Shown here piece by piece: positions 1 to 7,735 of a DNA stretch of 64,000 nucleotides; the first letter of the stretch is position 1; every line of letters starts with the position of its first letter. Both the position numbers and the translations under genes were made by a program. The notes under the pieces are model-generated. The model saw only the letters and a list, made by a program, of their open reading frames with translations, was not told where the DNA came from and searched no databases. The DNA comes from an uncultured virus (IMG/VR IMGVR_UViG_3300021960_000064) (taxonomy: Duplodnaviria; Heunggongvirae; Uroviricota; Caudoviricetes), in IMG/VR virus record IMGVR_UViG_3300021960_000064. One strand, 5' to 3'.

Positions 1-93
1 GTTACTGTGAACACGAGATAAGTGGAAATCTATTTGACTTTCGCCCATTGCTACTATTGCTACATGTTTGCCTTTAAGTTCTGGTATTTTCAT
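1..93 (-). CDS. Hypothetical protein of the virion module, N-terminal fragment truncated by window edge (MKIPELKGKHVAIVAMGESQIDF...)
   Basis: ATG at 93 overlaps the TGA of the 90..740 gene (ATGA coupling); frame is open to position 1. Confidence 0.7.
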   Translation of the reverse strand, partial: MKIPELKGKHVAIVAMGESQIDFHLSRVHSN

Positions 94-740
94 GCTTGTG
101 GTTCTCTCCTTAATTCATCGTACCTGTATTGGTCTCTAGTTGATTTAGCTTCACCAAGATTTTTTAATCCTAATAAAGCTTCTTGAAACTTTGATTCGTA
201 TGCTGGTATTGCTTCATAATTTTTGAGATACGTGCATGCTTCGACTAAACTGCCATATAAAATAGCATTAGGAGCATTTTTAGACAGCCATGTTGTTTCA
301 CTGCCTGTGGTGGTAGTGAGTGATGCTGGTCTATAGTAGTAATGCAGTTCAACTTCGTAGGCTGAATCTGGGGTAGGTGCAACTATAAAAGTATTGTCGT
401 CAAATTCTGCGTAATATTTTGGTAGTCCTGTTGTAGATGAATTAGGAGTAAAATCTCTAATGAAAGAAACTTGTTTTAATAATAAAAAACTATAATTACT
501 ACTGCTGTCTATTACAGCTAAACTAAACGGTGCTAGGTAATCAGTAGGTGTTTCTAAATAAGTTCCTGAAGATGTAAGGTTTCCAACTTGATTTTTTCTA
601 AAATCATCTAGTTGTACGTTTTTAAATATACGTTCTTCTGCTGTTGTAATAAACGTAGGTAGGTTAGTTACAAAACTAGACTCTGAACTTTCTAAGTAAT
701 CTTGTATGGCTGTTTTTAAAGTTGTGTATGAAAAACTCAT
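90..740 (-). CDS. Putative head-tail adaptor/connector protein
   Basis: 216 aa; 'G.PKYYA...VAPTPD..Y.VELHYYYRP.SL......WLS.NAP..LYGSL.EA' pattern typical of podovirus adaptors; lies downstream of the capsid genes. Confidence 0.65.
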   Translation of the reverse strand: MSFSYTTLKTAIQDYLESSESSFVTNLPTFITTAEERIFKNVQLDDFRKNQVGNLTSSGTYLETPTDYLAPFSLAVIDSSSNYSFLLLKQVSFIRDFTPNSSTTGLPKYYAEFDDNTFIVAPTPDSAYEVELHYYYRPASLTTTTGSETTWLSKNAPNAILYGSLVEACTYLKNYEAIPAYESKFQEALLGLKNLGEAKSTRDQYRYDELRREPQA

Positions 741-1462
741 GATGTATATATTATACCTCCCATTCCACTATGATTAGTACAATAATAGTATAGAGTTGGT
801 GCTCCAGATGCTACTTCAATCTGTGTGTAGGCTCCTGAACTTCCTGGAGTTCCACTAGTTGTAACACCTGTTGTGTATTCAGTTCCACCCCCATGTGTAC
901 CGTTTGAAGTGGTGGAAAATCTTAAAGGATGATTACTGTTAGTACTGTCTGACTGATCAAACTTATATGTTTGCCCTTCTGTTACTGTTAAAGCTGCAGC
1001 TCTAGAACTATCTATATAAAAATAATTAGCTCCTAAATAACTAGCTACTGTTACTGTGTATGTTGTTACACTAGGGCTAGGGCTAGGACTAGGCGTTGCG
1101 GCTACTCCTGATATTGTTATTTCTCCTACACTTCCAGTTATAGTAGGCACATTATACAAAGAACCTATTGTGTTACTATTTTCTGCCCACATGATAGGAG
1201 AACTTACACCTAGTGAATTTTTTGGGTTAGAAATTATAACATGACCTTGTCCTGTAGTAGGTGCTGGGATTGTAGGTCTTGGTTGATGAAGGGACTCTGG
1301 ATCAGTGACTTGATGAGATGGTTCTAACTGAGGTGATTTAGGTTCGTAACATTCACTACAAACCTTAAATCCAGTCCATTCTTTTTTAAGCTCTAAATAA
1401 GCTACATCAAAACCACATCGATCACATATCGCTCGTGCGTATTTACCCTGAGCGTAAGCCAT
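737..1462 (-). CDS. Virion protein: N-terminal CxxC/CxxC zinc ribbon, Pro-Ser linker, C-terminal cupredoxin-like domain
   Basis: CDRCG...CSEC; PSPSPSPS; 'NHPLRFST...LYYYCTNHSGMG'. Confidence 0.55.
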   Translation of the reverse strand: MAYAQGKYARAICDRCGFDVAYLELKKEWTGFKVCSECYEPKSPQLEPSHQVTDPESLHQPRPTIPAPTTGQGHVIISNPKNSLGVSSPIMWAENSNTIGSLYNVPTITGSVGEITISGVAATPSPSPSPSVTTYTVTVASYLGANYFYIDSSRAAALTVTEGQTYKFDQSDSTNSNHPLRFSTTSNGTHGGGTEYTTGVTTSGTPGSSGAYTQIEVASGAPTLYYYCTNHSGMGGIIYTS

Positions 1463-2133
1463 TAATAGAATCTCCTAGAAGGCGTCAACATTAATGAAGC
1501 CCTGTTTCTATCCTCGTCTGCTGCTAATTTAAAATCTTGTTCGTATTGTTGTTTTAATATCCCTGCTTTTTGAGGATTCTTTTTTAATGCGATATAATAA
1601 GCCAGTCCACTTACCATACAAGGTATAAATCTTGAAGGTATTTCAGGATTTTCAGCGGAAGTATTAACATCATCAATACGTTGTATTCTGTAAGAAACTA
1701 ATTTGTAGTTAGAACTGTCTGGTGTTGGCCATATATTTATAACTGGTGTAATTTGTCTATCTACGAAATATTGAGTAGGTCTAGCTTGAGTAGTTTTATT
1801 AGGAATATTTAAAAATTCTTGCCTACCTATTCTGTCTATTTCAATATCTGTTGAAGGACTGGTGCTACTGTCTCGTATAACAGCAGAAAGTATATCAATA
1901 TCAAATGTATTCATATTGTATTGATTTGTACCTTGAACTAAATCTAAAGAAATTTCTTCTATAGTCCAAAGATTAACACCTCTGTTTGCCCAGTCTGCAA
2001 ACATAATGTTTAAAGAACGTCTAGCAGTTCTAGCATCGTAACCTGTACGTTGTTCTAGTCCTGCTAGTTCGTAAGCCTCTTCTATAGTGTCAGCTATATC
2101 CAAGGCAAAAGTTTTAGTGCCTGAGAAAGCCAT
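1462..2133 (-). CDS. Putative head completion/tail tubular (adaptor) protein
   Basis: 223 aa; 'ARRSLNIMFADWANRGVNLW...RPTQYFVDR..WPTPD...GLAYY' pattern; position in head operon. Confidence 0.6.
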   Translation of the reverse strand: MAFSGTKTFALDIADTIEEAYELAGLEQRTGYDARTARRSLNIMFADWANRGVNLWTIEEISLDLVQGTNQYNMNTFDIDILSAVIRDSSTSPSTDIEIDRIGRQEFLNIPNKTTQARPTQYFVDRQITPVINIWPTPDSSNYKLVSYRIQRIDDVNTSAENPEIPSRFIPCMVSGLAYYIALKKNPQKAGILKQQYEQDFKLAADEDRNRASLMLTPSRRFY

Positions 2134-2137
2134 TTAT

Positions 2138-2542
2138 TTAAAACTCTTTAAATAAAGTTAGTACAATAACATACGAATCACCACTTGAGTGACCTGTAGT
2201 TGTTAATAGTATGTCGCCTGTTTTTCCACTACCTGAGGTGTTTCTGATTCCACCAAACTCTGAAAAATCTTCATCAGTCGTGTAATCTGCATTTAGATCC
2301 CAACAGATAGTATTAGTAGTAGCATCCCACAAAAGTTTGATACTCATACCAAAAGTTGAATAAACGATTTTAGCTAACCTAACACCTGTACATGTTGCTC
2401 CATCACTAGATCTAGTTGCTAAACCACTTACATCAACTTTATTTACTGCTGCCTCACCTGAACCATCGGATGTGTTGGTCAGCTGTATAACAACTGACCT
2501 ATCACTATCTGACAGAGTGGTTGAAGTTACTGCGTCTGCCAT
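2138..2542 (-). CDS. Putative virion structural protein
   Basis: 134 aa beta-rich ORF in structural operon, with RBS. Confidence 0.5.
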   Translation of the reverse strand: MADAVTSTTLSDSDRSVVIQLTNTSDGSGEAAVNKVDVSGLATRSSDGATCTGVRLAKIVYSTFGMSIKLLWDATTNTICWDLNADYTTDEDFSEFGGIRNTSGSGKTGDILLTTTGHSSGDSYVIVLTLFKEF

Positions 2543-2556
2543 ATTAAACTCCTATA

Positions 2557-3063
2557 TTACGCGTCAGCGAATGGTGTAACTAAAGTTCCTGACCCTAAAA
2601 TAATTCCTTCTACTGAGTATTTAGCACTTCCCATAGCAGTAACTTTAACGATACTACCTACAAGTCCGCCTTTAGTAGTTCCATTCATTGTGATAACATC
2701 GTTAGATGCACCAGAAATAAAAGTTTTACCTGTTGCGTCAGATACACCAGTGTAAAGTCCACCCACAAACTTATCTGTGCCATCTGTTAAGATGTCCATG
2801 TCAGTTGCTGCAGTTTCTACTACAAAAAAGAATGATGCTCCTAAGTTATTTAATTGATTAGGGTCATCATTACTTCCTGGAGCAGTAGCAACGATAGTAG
2901 GTAAAGTAAATTTACCATCCGCATCGTTAGTTGTTAATATTTTCCCTGCATGGGCTGCTACTGTTAAAGTAGTGTCTGCAGTTAAACTAACAACGTTAGC
3001 ATTACCTGCTGAAATAAATCCTGCCAATGATTTGACTGGACCTGAAAAAGTTGATTTAGCCAT
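2557..3063 (-). CDS. Putative capsid decoration/structural protein
   Basis: 168 aa G/T/A-rich, 'MAKSTFSGPV' start, strong AGGAGG RBS, first gene after MCP. Confidence 0.5.
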   Translation of the reverse strand: MAKSTFSGPVKSLAGFISAGNANVVSLTADTTLTVAAHAGKILTTNDADGKFTLPTIVATAPGSNDDPNQLNNLGASFFFVVETAATDMDILTDGTDKFVGGLYTGVSDATGKTFISGASNDVITMNGTTKGGLVGSIVKVTAMGSAKYSVEGIILGSGTLVTPFADA

Positions 3064-3084
3064 AATTTCCTCCTACGGAAATAA

Positions 3085-3126
3085 GTTCTACTGTCTTGGC
3101 TTGTCTGCTAGGTCAGTCTGTAGAAC
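3085..3126 (-). ncRNA. Candidate structured 5' leader element
   Basis: GUUCUAC/GUAGAAC stem enclosing a CUG-ACCUAG-CAG hairpin and three AGAC motifs, just 5' of the RBS of 2557..3063. Confidence 0.35.
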
Positions 3127-3173
3127 AAGTTAATAAAATCCTAGATATCTTATTGTATAGTACTTTTCACAAT

Positions 3174-3202
3174 AAAAAAAGGGGAACATTAAGCTCCCCT
3201 TT
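3174..3202 (-). terminator. Rho-independent terminator after major capsid gene
   Basis: Minus strand AAGGGGAGC-TTAAT-GTTCCCC-TTTTTTT. Confidence 0.8.
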
Positions 3203-3235
3203 AAAGATACGTTAGTATCAGAATCAACCAGAACT

Positions 3236-4144
3236 TTAAGCTCCTGGAGAACCGTACATTCCACGCCAGTCACTAAAGCCGAAAGAGTATCTCTCTCTAG
3301 CTTTGTATCTTACGTTTCCTGTTTCGAAGTCACCTTCCATGCCTGTTGCCATAGGAGATCTTACGAAATGCTTCATCCCGTTAGGGGCATCGGTTTTAAT
3401 GAAGAAGGCATCTGTATCTGTAAGATAATGATTTACAACATAGCCATCAGGAAGCATTCCCATGCTTCTCATAGCGTTGATGTCATTATCAGATGTGCCA
3501 ACTCTTCCTGGAGTTTTTAAAACTCTATCAGCCACAAATTGAAGTTGAGGTGGTACAATCAATTTTCTTGCTTGTACATTAATTTTAATACCTCTTTCAT
3601 CAGTTAACGCAGCAATATCAATCATTGCGTTTTCTAATGAAGTTTCATTCAAGTCTGCTGCTGTGCTAGGTTCGTTAGATCCGTCTCCGCCTGTCAAGGT
3701 AGGGTGATCGGTAGCGAATAACTCTTTACCGTCGCCTCCTGGAAAGCTGGAATTAAATCCATTGTTTAACACGTTTGCTGCTTTGACTTGCTTTGTGCTT
3801 GCCATGGAACGTGCAAGAGCTTTTGTGTATCTTGCTGAAAGTGAGTCATAGAGGTTATCCTCTATAGCTTCTTCAGTAAGAGCAAATGCTAATGCTACTG
3901 TTTCATGTGAGTAACGAGATGTGTAAGTCTCTTGTGCTGTATCGTAGGTAACTGCGGCACCTTCTCCTTTTACAGGAGCTTGTGCGAAACCTGATAACAT
4001 CACTTCCTCTTCAAAAGCTCTATCTGAGTTTTCTGAATCGAAGATTTCTGCATGCTCGTTTTCGTAACGATCGTATTCAAGACCAAAAAGTGCGTTCAGT
4101 CCTGGCTCGAGTTCCTTAACTAGTTGTGCTCTATTTATTGCCAT
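3236..4144 (-). CDS. Major capsid protein (HK97 fold)
   Basis: 302 aa 'MAINRAQLVKELEPGLNALFGLEY...EEAIEDNLYD...YKARERYSFG.SDWRG'; follows scaffold gene; terminator downstream. Confidence 0.9.
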   Translation of the reverse strand: MAINRAQLVKELEPGLNALFGLEYDRYENEHAEIFDSENSDRAFEEEVMLSGFAQAPVKGEGAAVTYDTAQETYTSRYSHETVALAFALTEEAIEDNLYDSLSARYTKALARSMASTKQVKAANVLNNGFNSSFPGGDGKELFATDHPTLTGGDGSNEPSTAADLNETSLENAMIDIAALTDERGIKINVQARKLIVPPQLQFVADRVLKTPGRVGTSDNDINAMRSMGMLPDGYVVNHYLTDTDAFFIKTDAPNGMKHFVRSPMATGMEGDFETGNVRYKARERYSFGFSDWRGMYGSPGA

Positions 4145-4156
4145 TTATATCACCTT

Positions 4157-4696
4157 TTATGAATTACCGAAAACAGACGCTGGGAATGAAACATACATTC
4201 TTGCATACTGTCCGATAGAGTTGTCAGGTCTATCCACGAAACCGTGGACCAAAGCAATTCCGCTACTTGTAGTAGCTGTTACTGCTTCTTTAGATCTGCC
4301 TGTTGAAGTATCACCTGCGGTAGTTGTGATAGTATTTGTTGTACCGATAGATGCTTGTGTAGGAGTTGCACTTCCTTGTGCCTCATATACAATATCTGGA
4401 TCGGCATAAACAAACGCTTTCGCATTCGCAGAACCTAGAGTAGCTGTGCTTCCCTCCCAATTTTTCGAGAAGACAACTGAGCCATCAGTGGCTCGATATT
4501 CTACTCCGTAGAACACGCCAAGGGGAGTACCTGTTGCAGTACCCTGAATTACTAGACCACTAGCAAGATTAACAACATCACCAGAGAAGATTGCTCCTGT
4601 GGTTCCTGATGCTATTGCAAATTCAGAAGGTCTAATAGTTCCACCTGACATATGATACGCTGGAGTAAAACCATTTGGGTCATTTACATTCGCCAT
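4157..4696 (-). CDS. Putative minor capsid/cement protein
   Basis: 179 aa G/T/A-rich ORF directly upstream of MCP. Confidence 0.55.
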   Translation of the reverse strand: MANVNDPNGFTPAYHMSGGTIRPSEFAIASGTTGAIFSGDVVNLASGLVIQGTATGTPLGVFYGVEYRATDGSVVFSKNWEGSTATLGSANAKAFVYADPDIVYEAQGSATPTQASIGTTNTITTTAGDTSTGRSKEAVTATTSSGIALVHGFVDRPDNSIGQYARMYVSFPASVFGNS

Positions 4697-4738
4697 TTAT
4701 TTCACCTTTATATAAAATATGTGTTACAGAGAATAATT

Positions 4739-5218
4739 CTATTCTCCACCTGTTCCAAACGTAACCTTACTTGTTCTACTAGGACTACTAATAGGCATAA
4801 TAGGGTTACTCTCTCGCATAAGATTGTTATCAACAGCTTCCATTTGTTCATTGGCTAGACGAGAATAATAGTTGCGTCTTTCCATAACTGTTTCCTTAGG
4901 CATCTTTGCGAGTACTAAGCCACCAACTCCTATAACTCCAGCGTGTCTTCCTTCATCAATTGTAGGAGATTCAAAATCAGGGTGTTCTTCTGCTCTCACA
5001 GGTTCCCAACCTTCTCGAATACGTTTTGACATATTCGCTTTATCATCTTGCCCTACCATCGACTCACGAAGCCATCGATAGATATAGCCCTCTGGTGGAG
5101 TGGGTGCGTCTAATAAAGACGGTGGACTCCATGGTTTTCTTCGAGCTTGAGATTCTCGACCTTCTGCAGATCTGGAGGTTCGATCTGTGTTAGTAGTTGT
5201 GTTTTTTTCTTCTACCAT
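4739..5218 (-). CDS. Conserved head-module protein
   Basis: 'PWSPPSLLDAP..PEGYIYRWLR...EGWEPV...GGLVLAKMP' between scaffold and capsid genes. Confidence 0.55.
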   Translation of the reverse strand: MVEEKNTTTNTDRTSRSAEGRESQARRKPWSPPSLLDAPTPPEGYIYRWLRESMVGQDDKANMSKRIREGWEPVRAEEHPDFESPTIDEGRHAGVIGVGGLVLAKMPKETVMERRNYYSRLANEQMEAVDNNLMRESNPIMPISSPSRTSKVTFGTGGE

Positions 5219-5227
5219 TTTTTACTC

Positions 5228-6148
5228 CTATTTGATATGCTTAGCATATTCTTCTAGTGGCACACCTAATCTTTTTGCTATTGCTACTTGACTCGGTGTG
5301 AGTTGTACTTTTCTACGTGAACGTGACCTAGTTGTAGTAGAACCTCTACTAGAACCTGCGACTACTTCGTTCACAGTATTCGTTGATACTTTTCCTAATT
5401 TATGAGGAAACGCATCAGCCATTCTTTTGTCCACTTCTGAATAATAATCATCAGAAGTTGGATCATAACCTTCTTGCTCAACTAGTTGCCTATGAAAAGC
5501 AAAGGCACTTGTTGTCATTGCTACATCCGAACCAAACCATTCATTATTTGAAGCCCACGCTCTCGCTTTTGGGTCTTCCTGTATTTGAGGGGCTTGTTGT
5601 GTTTGAGGTTGAATTTGTTCAACCTTTTGTACAACCTGCTCTTCACTTACAGATTCAACTTCGGTTTTTGGTGCTACTCGTTTTAGACTTTCTTCTTCGA
5701 CCGCCAACTTGGCTAAATCTTGTTGAGCTTGTATGAGGGAGTCTGTATCTCCGCTCTCATATGCTTTTCTATACCTGTCTTGAGCACCTTGAAGTTCTGA
5801 ACTTACTCGGTTCTTATATTCATCATATAGGTTTTGATCAGTTTTTGAAAGTTTATTTTTTGTTTTATTTAAATCTTCCTGAACGCTTTTAGCATATTCA
5901 ATTGCTGCTTGCTCTCTACGTTCAGCTTCACGGATCTTAAAAGTGAGTTTACCTATACGTTTTTTTACAGACTCGCTATAGTCTTCAATTTCACTTTCAG
6001 TTTCTTCATCGCTTTCACCTTTAGCTTCAGATTTCTCTTCTACCTCAGGTTTTTCTTCAACAACAGATTCTTCCTCTGTTTCAGATTCACTTTCAGGAAG
6101 TTCTACTTCTGTCAGTTCTTCTGTTTCGTTTTGCATAGCTTCTGCCAT
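5228..6148 (-). CDS. Capsid scaffolding protein
   Basis: Acidic N-terminus, coiled coil, C-terminal 'LTPSQVAIAKRLGVPLEEYAK' helix pair; position between portal and MCP. Confidence 0.7.
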   Translation of the reverse strand: MAEAMQNETEELTEVELPESESETEEESVVEEKPEVEEKSEAKGESDEETESEIEDYSESVKKRIGKLTFKIREAERREQAAIEYAKSVQEDLNKTKNKLSKTDQNLYDEYKNRVSSELQGAQDRYRKAYESGDTDSLIQAQQDLAKLAVEEESLKRVAPKTEVESVSEEQVVQKVEQIQPQTQQAPQIQEDPKARAWASNNEWFGSDVAMTTSAFAFHRQLVEQEGYDPTSDDYYSEVDKRMADAFPHKLGKVSTNTVNEVVAGSSRGSTTTRSRSRRKVQLTPSQVAIAKRLGVPLEEYAKHIK

Positions 6149-6175
6149 GTTTTACTCCTTTGTTGCGTGATTCTA

Positions 6176-6637
6176 TTAAGCTGAGGTAACGTCTTCTGGG
6201 TTGTTAACTACAGCTAAAATATCATCATCGTTTAATAAACGCAGATCGCCACCTTCAATTTTGATTCGTGCACCTGCATACCTGCCAAATATCACCCAAT
6301 CTTTAGGCTTACACCAAGCTCCCTCAGGGAACTTGTTTTTATCTCTATAAGCATCTGGACCAAGTGAAACTACATACCCAACATTAGTACCAATACGTTC
6401 TTTTTCTAATGTGGAGTCTGCTAAATATATTCCGCCTTTCGTTTTTTGTTTACGACTAAACGGTAATATCATAATTCGATAACCTGTGGGGGTTGGTAAT
6501 TTTTCTTGAAGAGAACTATCTTCCTCCATTTTTTCTGGAGTAAACGCTTCTTCTTTTTCTGATTCGGTTTCTATAAACCTTTCGACTGTGTTTGGTATTG
6601 GCTCGCCACCTTTACCAAAACTTTTTACTTCTTTCAT
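6176..6637 (-). CDS. groES: GroES-like co-chaperonin
   Basis: 'PTGYRIMI....KTKGGIYL...GYVVSLGP...DWVIFGRYAG.....LLNDDDILAV' Cpn10 signature. Confidence 0.85.
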   Translation of the reverse strand: MKEVKSFGKGGEPIPNTVERFIETESEKEEAFTPEKMEEDSSLQEKLPTPTGYRIMILPFSRKQKTKGGIYLADSTLEKERIGTNVGYVVSLGPDAYRDKNKFPEGAWCKPKDWVIFGRYAGARIKIEGGDLRLLNDDDILAVVNNPEDVTSA

Positions 6638-6810
6638 TCTTCATCCTTTCCTTTTAGCAGGTCACTTATTAAAGTTTCCGTAAACGACAGACCTGATATT
6701 TCGCCTACGATTTTTTGATAACTTTCAAAATCTTGCACTCCGCCAGCAGCGAGTGTTTCTGTTAATTGTTGTTGTCTTTCTGCAATTAACTTTCTTAATT
6801 TTTCTAACAT
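6634..6810 (-). CDS. Small hypothetical protein (58 aa, MLEKLRKLIAERQQQL...), absent from ORF track
   Basis: ATG 6810, TGA 6634 overlapping the groES ATG. Confidence 0.7.
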   Translation of the reverse strand: MLEKLRKLIAERQQQLTETLAAGGVQDFESYQKIVGEISGLSFTETLISDLLKGKDEE

Positions 6811-6815
6811 CTAAA

Positions 6816-7073
6816 TTATTTTCTTCTCGATTTAGCTCCAGAACACTTCCATCTTTTTCTCGATAGATTGTTAGGTGTGTTCGGATCGTTTCGTTTTTTC
6901 TTCGATAACCTTTTCTTTATACCTAAACTTCTTGCACAATAAGAGTCGCCTTTAGATGTTCCTGGTTTAACTCTAGGACCACCACCTTTGGCTCTTCCTG
7001 CTTGTCCGTAACTAACTCTTTTACCAGATTTAGTTACTTTAACTTTTGCTTTACCTCTTCTTGGTTTAGCCAT
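6816..7073 (-). CDS. Small basic protein
   Basis: Likely start MAKPRRG; 'SYGQAG...KGDSYCARS....DPNTPNNLSRKRWKC'. Confidence 0.6.
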   Translation of the reverse strand: MAKPRRGKAKVKVTKSGKRVSYGQAGRAKGGGPRVKPGTSKGDSYCARSLGIKKRLSKKKRNDPNTPNNLSRKRWKCSGAKSRRK

Positions 7074-7320
7074 GGTTTTGTGATCTTCTACGATTAGCAT
7101 TTCCTGCTATTACGTCGCCACCTTTATTCATCATTTTAAAATCTTGACCGTCAATTCTACCATTCTTGTTTTTATCAAGTTTCTTTTGACCACCATGAAG
7201 TCCGCCACCGTGAGACATTTTAACACAGTTGTCTACAGTTCTACCACCTTTCTTTTTGGTGCCCATAAGTTTGTAGCCTTTCCAACATGCTTTACCGTCT
7301 AATCCTTTTTTCTTAGCCAT
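7066..7320 (-). CDS. Small basic protein with MxxGG motifs and EF-hand-like loop
   Basis: 'CWKGYK..GTKKKGGRTVDNCV', 'LDKNKNGRIDGQDF', 'MNKGG'. Confidence 0.6.
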   Translation of the reverse strand: MAKKKGLDGKACWKGYKLMGTKKKGGRTVDNCVKMSHGGGLHGGQKKLDKNKNGRIDGQDFKMMNKGGDVIAGNANRRRSQNHG

Positions 7321-7541
7321 TATTTATTGTACCCCTTGCCTTTAGTTGCTGCTCCGCAACCTCTAGCCATACCTCGTTTCTTTTTAGCTCCGCCACCACG
7401 ATTCATTTTCATGGGGTCGCCTCCACGATTCATTCTGGCTTTTCCTTTAGCTGGAGTTTTTTTCTTTTTTGGTTTTTGGATTTCCAAAAACTTTTTCATG
7501 TCTTTATTAGACACTGCTCTTCCTCTGTTCTTACCTGGCAT
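7320..7541 (-). CDS. Small basic protein with MNRGG repeats
   Basis: 73 aa, K/R/G rich, translationally coupled. Confidence 0.6.
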   Translation of the reverse strand: MPGKNRGRAVSNKDMKKFLEIQKPKKKKTPAKGKARMNRGGDPMKMNRGGGAKKKRGMARGCGAATKGKGYNK

Positions 7542-7735
7542 TATGGTCTCCTTAAATGTTTTTTGGCGTTAGTCATTGACCCACCATTAGTTTTCTTTAC
7601 CATGTCAGAATCTTTCATTATAGACCCATCTGGCATTTTATGATAGCCCTCAGGCACTTCACCACCGTTATTCATTCTTCTACGGTTTGCGTTACCACCC
7701 ATCATCTCTTCAAATTGTGCTTTATTTAACATCAT
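7541..7735 (-). CDS. Small protein with MxxGG motifs
   Basis: 64 aa coupled to the portal stop; 'GYHKMPDGSIMKDSDM'. Confidence 0.6.
   Translation of the reverse strand: MMLNKAQFEEMMGGNANRRRMNNGGEVPEGYHKMPDGSIMKDSDMVKKTNGGSMTNAKKHLRRP

Noticed and set aside
6176..6637. Phage GroES without GroEL as a novelty
   Set aside because: Phage-encoded co-chaperonins in head modules are well known.
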